Shown here in pieces: positions 39,701 to 46,108 of a stretch of 64,000 nt of DNA. Numbering within the stretch: position 1 is the stretch's first letter; every line of letters starts with the position of its first letter. The position numbers and the translations under genes were made by a program. The notes below the pieces were generated by a model that made no database searches, had not been told where the DNA came from, and saw only the letters and a program-made list of their open reading frames with translations. The stretch is taken from the NCBI GenBank assembly GCA_022842945.1, contig JALHOO010000001.1, positions 24,847 to 88,846 of the forward strand, read 5' to 3'. Origin of the DNA: Minisyncoccota bacterium (lineage in GTDB: Bacteria; Patescibacteriota; Minisyncoccia; Phycocordibacterales; Phycocordibacteraceae).

Positions 39701-40313
39701 TGCAGACCTCTACAAGATGGCTAACTACGCTCTAACGGGCATGCAGGCTCTTGCAGAGCGTACGGATCTCATACTGGAACAGCTCGACACTATCGACAGC
39801 CGTCTTGCGGCACTTGAGCTCTCTCAGTCCGCAGAGCCAGGGTTCTTGGGAATCTCTCCTGCTATGTTCACGAGCCTCCTTGCAGGAGTAGGTATTGTGT
39901 TTGAAGAGGGAATGACGTCCATCGAGAAGCTTGTGGCTGAGAGACTCACCGTGGGTAGCGTGGAGAAGCCTACCGGTATTACCCTCTATGACGAGGAAAC
40001 AGGAGAGCCATACTGTCTCTCTATTGGTGGCGGATCTCAGAATATAACGGAGGGCGAGTGTGAGATTGCTACACCAACAACTCCTCAGACACCGCCAACC
40101 CCGCTACCGCCCCCAACAGACCCTGTTGTGGAAGATGAGGAGACGCCAACACCTCCAGAAGGTGAGGAGGGAGGTCTAGACCCGGTGTTCCCAACACCAG
40201 ATCAGACAGATACAGGCTCAGATTCTGAGCCGACTCCTGAGCCAGAACCGGCCCCTGCTCCGGAGCCAGAGCCAGCACCGGCTCCAGAGCCTGCTCCAAC
40301 CCCAACCGTGTAG
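27702..40313 (+). CDS. Giant (4203 aa) fibrous surface protein (TTG start per track)
   Basis: 12.6-kb uninterrupted frame. (i) The N-terminal HTH_17-like module is FISTKEASLLSGYNADYLSRLCREKRIAGSQIGRTWLI. (ii) A TM helix AVALGLTALVLAGSVTLAGSGVV follows. (iii) Short TNAT(S/T)TN tandem repeats are present. (iv) About 30 modules, each centred on GNVGIGTT(S/T)P..(K/R)L.V, follow. (v) The SDANLKDVQS...GFIAQNVGANIPEAM...AILAASINAIKEL domain matches the intramolecular chaperone (peptidase S74) of phage tail fibres and endosialidases. (vi) A coiled-coil segment and then a PEPEPAPA Pro-rich tail close the protein. Confidence 0.85.
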   Translation: MNALLQKNFISTKEASLLSGYNADYLSRLCREKRIAGSQIGRTWLIERASLESFMESQVDRKIEFAESLARERGLEYRKANSPSARITRVTDNLEERMRVVAESVFTALSVVTMPREVSVFGSRAVALGLTALVLAGSVTLAGSGVVSRTGEALLASAFDARSFVLARASHIGLVAQEKSEALILASREEVQKVDTTLAYALDERVETLPLEVSKNLAQEHPSVEVSKVAYGRAHEIYSRYPAVLSSAEIAANVSYAVTHPEETLTAVAHGVLHGYRTIGVFALNDIESVLALHLRMVEAGGEGLFSASVSIRDTAYRAPLAVGNVFVDGSETVMSLYEDGVYAYVETIAVVPETIVGAVYQIGNTSGAVLATGIQLAPGAYEEGVLAFAETSSSVATLVANGSYAFGKGANEQVSGLTQAQDRVIGQGVASVRLALAGLSGRATQMAAVIESGPSAASNEALRFAGDITLRIENTGTQMLSASPLASIDFDRFIPGFLKNVTAVIAHAVGSAFHGVFGPLAGFFGASEEVGLAVIPNEGTLSSGDAEAGVPGDTINYNGPVTIIRNEYPTANYGGVPQSYVDDRLDFLRRTLYNRIEDVAGDRTFRGDINDSRIVDSTINDSSFSNGVIENSQITGGTIVGSALNVATTTITGSLTVDGDLSVSGSVSQNSTTTNFYATNGTIENILGTNATITNATSTNFYATLATILDGFFTNLTATLANITTAVIANLTATDAVFTNATSTNATSTNLFASNLTATSATSTNLFVTSARITTGIIDALTSPLANITTAIIANLTATNASITNATTTNATSTGSLALTYVTPSRLLSVGASGVVGSADLSSWIAGTLNQLTVTDNGIGGITLSLPSTIVIGSSQPTTIASNGATSTFGGGLQATFVEGVQYIAGPYVLATSTTATSAFSGNIAVGRNTTLGTTAADFLTVNSSISSNLIPSANNTYDLGSVGNNWNRIYVDEVVANNISAASSSIAGTVSESFTINSDNATADTEDSTLVFNRGSASPNALITWNSATDRFELNMPIFSADGIFTNATTTNLVATNVTVNGETFTDFTGTNLTNTGGALGLSASYAGQSSITTLGTITSGTWNGSTVGVPYGGTGATSLTGLLIGNGTGAFTATTLSSGIAGQISDETGTGSLVFSNSPTFTGTSVFADLTATNATTTSFFTSTLGLGSGNYFTSLLGNGLTNVGGTLTVSTTSLASGFFQQGGNSFGTTATLGTNDANNLALETGGSTRMTINTSGNVGIGTTTPAVRFSVYEGSSSIAAAFRGGGGPTVGIGSTVDGGRIQAYTNDSLVSVANISLQSAGGNVGIGTTTPASLLQVVSSGGFTTSAQTIASFVRNGSTASDAVVSIIAGNAAKSFLRFGDTDTEAMGIIKYDHALNALTFGTNGVQDLLNITSTGNVGIGTTSPFSPASIGRVLNIFNTTGLNAGINLSSGAEDFEVANVSGDLWFIDDNSTRMVIKNTTGNVGIGETAPGSRLSVSGGATIGASYDTTAAPTNGLLVEGSVGIGTTTPGNLLTVSGATPKIQINSVTGFPSLLFSDGGTTRYEIYSDAAGVLKFVEGGAGSRMVINSGNVGIGTTTPDTTLNVVKGAGKTWTTTAGTVALFERANSSGAAAYISVISGNTGLARLQLGDTDAEARGLVQYDNSSDALSLWTAGTQKLTVLAGGNVGIGTTTPGQTLSVAGTGLFSGLSTFMSGFNIGSETFTSLLGNGLTNVGGTLTVSTTSLASGFFQQGGNSFGTTATLGTNDSNNLALETGGSTRMTIDTSGNVGVGLTSPSDRFEVRAAGNDDGIRLQSSNGSNNLAWLHQQNTDAAILRMYDGGTENIRINSETSGASFFNAGNVGIGTTSPQASLHVAGASGALFGLQAGQVGTLGLTTASAGSPVSGRLTFGSDGTGWQFRIAQNVAGTVTDLFTVETGGNVGIGTTTPSALLSLASGTTAASGIAFGSDVNLYRHSANLLKTDDDITLGSGLYLSNTGEVYGTQLVNNVTGLNAAVAVTTTGVTITRNIADTNPALIVSQAHAGSTGDIMRLNNSAGTVLTVQRGGNVGIGTTSPLSKLHVNAGDITVTNSSANPAYYLGESDLLTAGTYGYMTWDRTSDLLQLGTQAAGPTITMSESGNVSIATTTSLGRLQIAKNSLYTNADGDAGIHILSNTGESALALGADDTNNLAFIQSVQSGVSYSTRPLSLNPNGGNVGIGTTGPGSRFHVEGGGVIINTVGGAGTSIGRHINIGTATPTDWRSYTGSTAAAIQMQNSATEGFVLVATVGATVPRTQFITTGGYEIQVGATVGGAGTTALQILSSGNVGIGTTSPTSLLNVSETGSNSATFGTAIPFRVSSTNSLNSNVHVGLGFERTNFSGEMKLSGVIDIISGTNSAGAENSSMRFGTLKAGTLTQHMIIDSTGNVGIGTTSPVSKLSVVGGAYLGGNVFIGDNQRGYFIGEVNDFSYGVSKSALGSSANLQFSAGSATPRMSITSTGNVGIGTTTPLGRVHILGSEGVVAHPPVGFASVADDLIISNNGSSGITLQGSNSGTNYIVFADAALGGNNWIAYEHANDALAFRVNNAERMRINSAGNVGIGTSTPFSKLSVTGAGTGTGRGFSVANSSNLDNFYVLDNGTTYTRGNITLPFQTNNFIGSASNNGLYFDGSGNYGMSVNSSIGGGIVFESDGGSTGSFFIGTGNEDPDSATKLVTVLQGGNVGIGSTAPLSAFQVGAAPTYNFAVTNPKANIISTNYDPTELTRGTLNLESSSRSAGNNSGLGPSLTFTQNTSQYVDGYEKVIGAIKAYITTNTNASANSSLGFYTHDVGSSLTEQMTINSSGNVGIGTTNPASHKLVVVGGNANTLRIDNAGEQYTSADFFNNGSSKATQYYDNTGSEFVSRTTVAANLGFDTNLTRRMTILSNGNVGIGTASPSYKFTVTESTANGIAGRFAASGTGTPFGVYATALGASTQNTAGYFQASGATTNIGVSADVVSGANNYAIYAGNTAKSYFAGSVGIGTNAPVTRLHVSSATSVATVPSAGASAGAGLLVSNVDSSYGLVAGSLTNGNGFLQSQRVDGLGTTYNLLLQPNGGNVGIGDSNPSRKLSVVGTDVNGNYADFKSASGAILAVGSTATAGRIQAYTNGYGGVAPLILNDAGGNVGIGDTTPDAKFEILQASDTSTQGLQISRSNDSDFMRMYMAAGVGTLSDTLIFSSAFAGDVAAIGRDGSAYFAGKVGIGTSSPDTNLSVVGNITGGTGTTMKITNLMAGTVASPEYATLAFNGYLAGPKATIQALEQTGNTWASQLTFTINDGSGASSMVERMRINGATGNVGIGTSTPSTLLETYRAAANNTLKIAIGGGTGHTYSPKLTLSRYAATDWSLSQPTGSYDFTIDQDGARRVTIQTSSGNVGIGTTSPYAKLSIVDGDGSADTTLALNNRFKFRGDGVMGWGSAAATGILSWDGSTAIVGSQASSDLAFITNGTSLSSERMRITTGGNVGIGTTTPTSALDVAGNVTTRGQHVFFGSTSNSAFALGLQFDSTYQGVSNVFRFRQGGSTAGGVAFSVYDAAPNLFLTAAGTVGIGTATAGSALTVAGNIETTNGANRSLILRSASNYSYSLQATSDDFQILEAGDAAKVRFHIDYPNGNVGIGTTAPGAKLTVVGDTWLNGITNGGTFNLALNAASGNGIIVSNGADASVTNNRRVVIGQSGTNGGLGLFYNNAGTIGVRLSGVTNDASYFNNGGNVGIGTTNPLNMLVVGGTQAGNAGFEIVPGSGIVAQSYNRTSSAYASLNFDGSSIGFRPNGSTMLTANTTGVLVANLVSCAGVQTNGSGLMSCTSDANLKDVQSAFTTGLSGLRGINPQTYTWKSGTDYFDGGVEYSGFIAQNVGANIPEAMNEGANGFKQISTTAILAASINAIKELDVRTLSLAPAAENQAAHTLAVSSDATIAGMLTVTGIGTFSDSLTAASILSNGSVTATSFLTETTDTLPSEVLTGGSADLYKMANYALTGMQALAERTDLILEQLDTIDSRLAALELSQSAEPGFLGISPAMFTSLLAGVGIVFEEGMTSIEKLVAERLTVGSVEKPTGITLYDEETGEPYCLSIGGGSQNITEGECEIATPTTPQTPPTPLPPPTDPVVEDEETPTPPEGEEGGLDPVFPTPDQTDTGSDSEPTPEPEPAPAPEPEPAPAPEPAPTPTV
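29700..30150 (+). repeat. Tandem short Thr/Asn/Ala repeats (TNAT-S/T-TN-LFA...) inside the giant gene
   Basis: Protein-level periodicity ...ATNATSTNFYA...TNATSTNATSTNLFASNLTATSATSTNLFV...ANLTATNASITNATTTNATSTG, suggesting a beta-helix or shaft-like segment. Confidence 0.5.
31287..31500 (+). repeat. Intragenic direct repeat, copy 1 (about 215 bp), in the giant gene
   Basis: About 93% nucleotide identity to 32900-33113. It encodes FTSLLGNGLTNVGGTLTVSTTSLASGFFQQGGNSFGTTATLGTND(A/S)NNLALETGGSTRMTI. Confidence 0.75.
32900..33113 (+). repeat. Intragenic direct repeat, copy 2
   Basis: Near-identical to 31287-31500 and 1.6 kb downstream of it. Confidence 0.75.
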
Positions 40314-40384
40314 GTATGGCCAGAAGGGATGCACCCTTCCTGGAGGTGGTAAACTCATAGCTATATAAGGTAGCGCATATAGTC

Positions 40385-41392
40385 ATGGCCATTCGGGTAG
40401 CAATCAACGGGTTCGGAAGGATAGGAAGAGCATTTGTGCGTCAGACCTGGGACAACCCGGAGATTGAGCTCGTGGCAGTGAATGATCTTGGTTCTGCAGA
40501 GAATCTTGCATACCTTCTTCAGTTCGACACGGTATACGGACGCGCACCGTTTCCGGTTGCGTGGAAGGAGGGCGCACTCAACGTGAACGGAAAGGAGGTA
40601 CGGTTCCTCTCAGAGAGAGACCCAAGCTTGCTTCCATGGAAAGAGATTGGCGTGGATGTGGTTATTGAGGCAACGGGCTTCTTCACCAACTATGAGAAAG
40701 CGAATGCGCACATAGTGGCAGGTGCACGTCGTGTGGTTATAACAGGTCCCGTGAAAGAGGAGCATCCTCTGGGCGCCACTATCCTTATGGGACTCGACGA
40801 GTCGAAGATGGCAACGTGCCCAATTACGAGCAATGCGTCATGCACCACGAACTCCGCGTCTCCGGTTATTGCTATCCTTGACGAGACTATTGGTATTGAG
40901 AAGGCTATTCTCTCAACAACCCACGCGTACACTGGTACCCAGTCTATTGTGGACGGTCCGTCCAAAGACATGAAGGAGGGGAGGGCAGCTGCACAGAACA
41001 TCATTCCAACCTCAACAGGTTCTGCTATTGCCGTAACAAAAGCGTACCCTCTACTGACAGGAAAGTTCGACGGTATCTCTTTGCGTGTGCCCGTTCCTGC
41101 GGGCTCTATTGCGGATATTACGTTCATCGCAAAGCGTCCCACAACCGCTGAAGAGGTTAACGAGATCCTTCGAAAGGCTGCGAAAGAAGAGCGCTGGCAG
41201 GGCTTGTTCCAGGCTTCGGACGAGGAGTATGTATCAAGTGACATTGTGGGGCAGCGCTTTGCGTCTATTGCAGACCTTGGCATGACGCGCGTAGTTGATG
41301 GCACTCTTGTGAAAGTACTCGCCTGGTACGACAACGAGGCTGGGTATACCGCAACCCTTGTGCGTCACGCACTAAAGGCAGGATCCTTCTAG
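40385..41392 (+). CDS. gap: Type I glyceraldehyde-3-phosphate dehydrogenase
   Basis: Motifs IRVAINGFGRIGR and SNASCTTN (catalytic Cys). Confidence 0.9.
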   Translation: MAIRVAINGFGRIGRAFVRQTWDNPEIELVAVNDLGSAENLAYLLQFDTVYGRAPFPVAWKEGALNVNGKEVRFLSERDPSLLPWKEIGVDVVIEATGFFTNYEKANAHIVAGARRVVITGPVKEEHPLGATILMGLDESKMATCPITSNASCTTNSASPVIAILDETIGIEKAILSTTHAYTGTQSIVDGPSKDMKEGRAAAQNIIPTSTGSAIAVTKAYPLLTGKFDGISLRVPVPAGSIADITFIAKRPTTAEEVNEILRKAAKEERWQGLFQASDEEYVSSDIVGQRFASIADLGMTRVVDGTLVKVLAWYDNEAGYTATLVRHALKAGSF

Positions 41393-41397
41393 TGTCT

Positions 41398-41886
41398 ATG
41401 AAGATCTTCATCGCAACTGATCACGCAGGGTTCCTTCTGAAGGAAGTGCTTGTAGCGTACATACGCGATGCACTTTCGTATGAGGTTGAGGACCTTGGTG
41501 CGTACACCCTTGAGCCCTCTGACGACTACCCGGACCTCATTAGGCCGTGCGCACTTAAGGTAGCGAACACACCCGGATCGCTCGGTATCGTTCTTGGAGC
41601 TTCAGGACAGGGTGAGGCAATAGCTGCCAATCGTGTGCCCCATGTGCGCGCCGCACTCTACTACGGACAGGCACACGCGGTAGGTGCCATTGACGCAGCC
41701 GGAGCCCCATCGCTTGATGGATACGACATCATACGACTTGCACGGGAGCACAACGACGCGAACATACTCGCGCTTGGGGCACGGTTCCTCACCGAAGAAG
41801 ATGCAAAAGAGGCTACACGCATATTCATTGAAGCTACCTTTACTGGGGACGAGCGACATGTGCGTCGGATTGCAAAACTGGCGTAG
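41398..41886 (+). CDS. rpiB: Ribose-5-phosphate isomerase B (RpiB/LacAB family)
   Basis: Motifs MKIFIATDHAGFLLKE and GIVLGASGQGEAIAANRVPHVRAAL. The track starts at GTG 41392; ATG 41398 is preferred. Confidence 0.8.
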   Translation: MKIFIATDHAGFLLKEVLVAYIRDALSYEVEDLGAYTLEPSDDYPDLIRPCALKVANTPGSLGIVLGASGQGEAIAANRVPHVRAALYYGQAHAVGAIDAAGAPSLDGYDIIRLAREHNDANILALGARFLTEEDAKEATRIFIEATFTGDERHVRRIAKLA

Positions 41887-41909
41887 AGAAGGGGCTATAC
41901 TAGGAGGTA

Positions 41910-42632
41910 ATGGGAATCATCGTTCCGGCCATCATCCCAACCTCCCGTGAAGACCTTGAGAGAAAAGTCTCTCAGCTCCGGGGACTCTGCGAAGAGGTGC
42001 AGGTTGATATTGTAGACGGGAAGTATGCGAGGCCTGCGAGTTGGCCATACGCTACAGAAGCGGCAGAGCCGTCACGCATGCTCGCAGAAGGCGAGATGCT
42101 GCCGTATGCAGGCGAGATTGGGTTTGAGATAGATCTCATGAGTGCAGACCCGGAATCAGTTGCGGGTGTGTGGATTGAGCTTGGTGCAAAGCGTCTCACC
42201 ATTCATGCAGAGAGCACCCGGTATCTATCACGGTTCCTTGAAAGTGCCCGCACTATGTTTGGGCATGACGCAGGCTTCGCCTCGAACCTCCTGTCTCTCG
42301 GGCTTGCTATAGGTACGGAGACTGACCTCTCACTCATCGATCCTTTTATAGAGAAGATAGACTACGTACAGTTCATGGGAGTCCGCACCATAGGGCACCA
42401 AGGAGAACCCTTCTCTCCAGGAGTACTGTCCCGGATAGCGGTGTTTAGGAAGAAGTATCCGAACACACCCGTGCAGGTTGATGGCGGGGTTACGCTCGGG
42501 AATGCCCCCGCTCTTTTAGAGGCAGGGGTCTCGCGACTTGTTGTAGGGTCTGCTTTATGGAAAGCTCCTGATCTGGGTGCCCAGTACCGTGCGTTCGATG
42601 CGCTAACTGAGCAGTACGGTATCTACGGATAA
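41910..42632 (+). CDS. Ribulose-phosphate 3-epimerase-like (ribulose-phosphate binding barrel), divergent
   Basis: VQVDIVDGKYA (compare HVDVMDGHFV) and C-terminal VQVDGGVTLGNAPALLEAGVSRLVVGSALW (compare IEVDGGV...AGAD..VAGSAIF). A strong AGGAGG Shine-Dalgarno sits at 41903. Confidence 0.55.
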   Translation: MGIIVPAIIPTSREDLERKVSQLRGLCEEVQVDIVDGKYARPASWPYATEAAEPSRMLAEGEMLPYAGEIGFEIDLMSADPESVAGVWIELGAKRLTIHAESTRYLSRFLESARTMFGHDAGFASNLLSLGLAIGTETDLSLIDPFIEKIDYVQFMGVRTIGHQGEPFSPGVLSRIAVFRKKYPNTPVQVDGGVTLGNAPALLEAGVSRLVVGSALWKAPDLGAQYRAFDALTEQYGIYG

Positions 42633-42686
42633 GTAATACGATATACTGTCTACAATGATTCGCGCATGGTGTGGGATAGAGAAGCT

Positions 42687-43220
42687 ATGAACCGTGGATT
42701 CACGCTCATCGAGCTCCTGGTCGTAATAGCCATAATCGGCGTACTGTCGTCAGTGGTTCTGGCCTCTTTGAATACCGCACGTATGAAGGCACGTGATACA
42801 TCTCGCATCTCCCAGCTCGCACAGATACGTACAGCGCTCGAACTGTATTACTTGGATAATGGTTCCTATCCTCCTTCTGAATGCGGCCATGACTGCAACG
42901 GATACCGCTACAGCTACAACGCGACATCATGGAATACTCTTGCCGGGCAGCTTGCGCCGTATATGGGGCAACTACCTGTTGATCCTATAAACACGGGATG
43001 TGCTCCGTGGGGAGCAAACTGCTTCTCCTATGCGTACGGGAATGTTGGCAACAGTTCAGTTACTCCCCAGTATGACCTCACGGCACAGCTTGAGGACCCC
43101 GGCAGTGCCTATCGTTGCGGTGTACGGAACTACAGGTTTTATTTCAATGCGAGCCAGGCTTGGTGCACTGCGTTTGGGGGCTCGTACTCAAACCAAATAT
43201 ACGAAGCATCGCCTCTCTAA
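42687..43220 (+). CDS. Type IV pilin / pseudopilin (prepilin-type N-terminal cleavage/methylation domain)
   Basis: MNRG^FTLIELLVVIAIIGVLSSVVLASL is a class III signal peptide with the G-1/F+1/E+5 motif. The C-terminal domain is Cys-containing. Start chosen at ATG 42687 rather than 42666. Confidence 0.8.
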   Translation: MNRGFTLIELLVVIAIIGVLSSVVLASLNTARMKARDTSRISQLAQIRTALELYYLDNGSYPPSECGHDCNGYRYSYNATSWNTLAGQLAPYMGQLPVDPINTGCAPWGANCFSYAYGNVGNSSVTPQYDLTAQLEDPGSAYRCGVRNYRFYFNASQAWCTAFGGSYSNQIYEASPL

Positions 43221-43229
43221 CATATCCGT

Positions 43230-43475
43230 ATGACAAACGTTTCATTTAATGAAGAGCCTGTTTCGAACGCGTCGTATACAAGCATAAAGGAGTCTGTGTT
43301 TATACGCTCGGTGCTTGCAACGGGTATCGTGCGTACTCCGAAGCAGGCAGAGTATGTTCTGGTGGGGGTTGTGGTGCTTGCGATTATTCTGACCTTCGTG
43401 CTGTGGCCAAAGGGAAGACCAGCGCCAGATCTTAATGTGAATCCCGTGGCAGGACCTTCCGGAGCGGTGCGGTAG
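43230..43475 (+). CDS. Small single-TM membrane protein, FNEEP family member A
   Basis: MTNVSFNEEP N-terminus with one TM helix (YVLVGVVVLAIILTFVLW). It lies 9 bp after the pilin stop and is paralogous to 49447-49698 and 50183-50434. Confidence 0.5.
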   Translation: MTNVSFNEEPVSNASYTSIKESVFIRSVLATGIVRTPKQAEYVLVGVVVLAIILTFVLWPKGRPAPDLNVNPVAGPSGAVR

Positions 43476-43495
43476 CACATGCTATCTTTAGAGTA

Positions 43496-44353
43496 ATGGC
43501 TCTTACAGACACCGAGATACAGGCAATTGCCGCTACAGCAGAAGAGATACGCGAGACCATTCTCGACATGCTTGTGCAGGCTGGGAGCGGACACACTGCA
43601 GGTCCTCTCGGCATGAGCGACCTCATGGCCGCCCTCTATTTTCATGTTCTGAAGCACGACCCCAAGAATCCTTCCTGGGAGGAGCGGGACCGGTTCCTTC
43701 TTTCAAATGGACACACTGTGCCGGTGCAGTATGCCGCTATGGCGCATGCAGGGTATTTCCCCATTGAAGAGTGCCTAACACTCCGCACCTTCGGGTCCCG
43801 TCTTCAGGGACACCCCGAACGAGACCGTCTTCCGGGTCTTGAGACAACCTCAGGTCCTTTAGGATCAGGTTTGTCGCAGGCTGCCGGTATGGCGCTCGCG
43901 CTTCGTATGGACGGAAAGAAGAATCGTACGTTCGTTATGATGAGTGACGGAGAACAACAGGAAGGGAATATCTGGGAGGCCGTTATGTTTGCGGCAAAGT
44001 ATGAGCTGGGGAACCTTACGGCTCTCATGGACCGCAACTTCATTCAGATAGATGGCATGACCGAAGACGTGATGCCTCTTGATTCGCTCAAGGACAAGTA
44101 CGAGGCATTTGGCTGGCACGTTATAGAAGTGGATGGGCACAACATCGAAGCCATTATTGATGCCTGCGACCATGCACGTGCTATTGCGGAGAAGCCCACA
44201 CTTATCATTGCGCACACTATTCCGGGAAAGGGAGTGCCTGAGATTGAGTACGATTATCGTTGGCACGGAAAGCCGCCAACCAAAGAAGAGGCGGTACGGT
44301 TTATGAAGGAACTCAGAAATGGCGCAGGAAGAGTGCCAAATGAATACGCATAG
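43496..44353 (+). CDS. Transketolase, N-terminal (TPP-binding) subunit of a split transketolase
   Basis: Motifs GSGHTAGPLGMSDLMAALYF, RDRFLLSNGHTVPVQYA and the GDG-type TPP motif (MSDGEQQEGNIWEA). Confidence 0.85.
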   Translation: MALTDTEIQAIAATAEEIRETILDMLVQAGSGHTAGPLGMSDLMAALYFHVLKHDPKNPSWEERDRFLLSNGHTVPVQYAAMAHAGYFPIEECLTLRTFGSRLQGHPERDRLPGLETTSGPLGSGLSQAAGMALALRMDGKKNRTFVMMSDGEQQEGNIWEAVMFAAKYELGNLTALMDRNFIQIDGMTEDVMPLDSLKDKYEAFGWHVIEVDGHNIEAIIDACDHARAIAEKPTLIIAHTIPGKGVPEIEYDYRWHGKPPTKEEAVRFMKELRNGAGRVPNEYA

Positions 44354-44424
44354 AGACGGAAGCTGAATTCCTCTCATTACACTCGAGTTCATAGTCTACG
44401 TAAGACTTAAAAGCCCTCTGTGCA

Positions 44425-44464
44425 CAAAATGTTAATTACCTAGAACCCAAAATGTTAATTACCT
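44425..44464 (+). promoter_or_regulatory. Two 17-bp direct repeats upstream of the Fic gene (candidate regulator binding sites)
   Basis: CAAAATGTTAATTACCT occurs at 44425-44441 and 44448-44464, in the AT-rich leader. Confidence 0.35.
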
Positions 44465-44525
44465 GAAATTAGAATATCCACAGTACCCTTTATTTACAGG
44501 TTTATATTTGATACAATGTTAAATA

Positions 44526-45725
44526 ATGGATTCAGAAACGGCAAATAAGCAAGCATTTAAGCCAATTGAACTCAGGCTTTACGAGCCTGATTGGGGCTCA
44601 GAACTGGCCACTATAATCCTTGAATTAGAGCAGTTGCGAGTTAAGCGGCTGGGTGGGCCCGTTCCTCCGTATATCTTTTTCCAGCTTAAGAATATTTTTC
44701 AGATGCTTGAGAGTCTCGGCTCAGCACGTATCGAGGGGAATAGAACTACGCTCTCGGAACTTGTTGAGAAAGCAATTGAAGAAAAAGGTGAACCGAAGGA
44801 TGGAGATTCTCAAATGAGAGAAATCGGGAATATTGAGGAGGCCATTACCTCCATAGAGAAGAATGTAGAACAGGGAACGCAGATAAATCGTGCTCTTATT
44901 TCTGAACTACATCGAATAGTTGTATCCAATCTTCCGTTACCTCCTAGCGGGGAAGGTTCTCAAAGTCCAGGAGAGTACCGGTCGATTCCGGTGACGATTC
45001 AAAAGTCAGAACATACACCCCCTGAACCAACCCAGGTTAATGACTATATGGAGGAACTGTACTCTTTTGTTAACACTCCCGTGGAGTCAAAGAATGATCT
45101 CTTGCTTACTGCTCTTGCTCACCATCGTGCCGCTTGGGTTCATCCATTCGATAATGGTAATGGGCGTGTTATCCGCATGTTTACCTACGCTCTTCTTATT
45201 AAGCAAGGCTTTGCGGTAGCTACCGGTCGAATCCTCAATCCTACAGCCATTTTCTGTAATGATCGTCAGCGATATTACGACATGCTTGCAAAGGCAGATA
45301 GTGGGGAGCGTGAAGGAGTACTTGAATGGTGTGAGTACGTGCTTAGCGGACTTCGAGATGAAATCAAGAAAATCGACCGATTGCTTGACCACAGTTATAT
45401 GATGGAGGAGATTCTTATCCCTGCCTTGAATTTTTCTTTGGACAGAAAGTTGATTACTGATCGTGAATACTCAATTCTTCTCGAGGTCATCACTAGCAAA
45501 GACATGGCTATCAAGTCTCAGGATTTGAAAGACACCATAGGTGACGTCTCTACCACGCACCGGTCTCGAATAATTCGTGACCTGAGGAATAAGGGTATGC
45601 TTATGCCGCTTAAAGAAAAGGGTCGGGTTTATACCATTGGTTTTATGAATAACTACTTGCTCCGAGGCGTTATGAAAGTGCTTGAGCAGGAAGGATTCGT
45701 TCCTCACTCACTCACTCAAAAGTAA
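44526..45725 (+). CDS. Fic/Doc family protein (probable AMPylator-type)
   Basis: Canonical Fic motif HPFDNGNGRVIR (HxFx[DE]GNGRxxR). The gene is AT-rich relative to its neighbours. Confidence 0.85.
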   Translation: MDSETANKQAFKPIELRLYEPDWGSELATIILELEQLRVKRLGGPVPPYIFFQLKNIFQMLESLGSARIEGNRTTLSELVEKAIEEKGEPKDGDSQMREIGNIEEAITSIEKNVEQGTQINRALISELHRIVVSNLPLPPSGEGSQSPGEYRSIPVTIQKSEHTPPEPTQVNDYMEELYSFVNTPVESKNDLLLTALAHHRAAWVHPFDNGNGRVIRMFTYALLIKQGFAVATGRILNPTAIFCNDRQRYYDMLAKADSGEREGVLEWCEYVLSGLRDEIKKIDRLLDHSYMMEEILIPALNFSLDRKLITDREYSILLEVITSKDMAIKSQDLKDTIGDVSTTHRSRIIRDLRNKGMLMPLKEKGRVYTIGFMNNYLLRGVMKVLEQEGFVPHSLTQK

Positions 45726-45820
45726 TCTCATACACACTTCGGATGCCCTATTCACGTTCTGTAGTTCGTGGACTGTTGGGTGCCAGTGGATGCATAGCGT
45801 ATACGATATACTTAGAATAT

Positions 45821-46099
45821 ATGAAACTGGTACGTAACGCAGATCTCCAGAAGAAGCTCCTCAGGAAGCCAGGCTTTAAGGAATCGTACGAAGGACTTGA
45901 GCTTGAATTCGCTCTTATCGATGCTCTTATACATGCGCGTACCGTGCAGGGAGTTACACAGGCACAGCTTGCCAAGAAGATAGGCACAAAACAGTCTGCG
46001 ATTGCACGCTTTGAGGCCGGAAATTCCAATCCCACGCTCGCGTTCATTCAGCGTCTTTCAGACGCTCTAAATATCCGGGTACAGGTGAGTGTGCGGTAG
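45821..46099 (+). CDS. XRE-family helix-turn-helix transcriptional regulator
   Basis: HTH_3 (XRE) pattern QGVTQAQLAKKIGTKQSAIARFEAGNSNPTLAFIQRLSDAL. ATG 45821 chosen; the track ORF starts at 45743. Confidence 0.7.
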   Translation: MKLVRNADLQKKLLRKPGFKESYEGLELEFALIDALIHARTVQGVTQAQLAKKIGTKQSAIARFEAGNSNPTLAFIQRLSDALNIRVQVSVR

Positions 46100-46108
46100 T
46101 ATCTATGT

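Noticed and set aside
27773-40407. Dozens of minus-strand and off-frame ORFs inside the giant gene, many containing VVPIPTLP-like strings
   Set aside because: They are antisense or frame-shifted readings of the repetitive GNVGIGTT coding repeats (VVPIPTLP is the reverse-complement translation). All are embedded in one continuous 12.6-kb frame that has coherent domain architecture.
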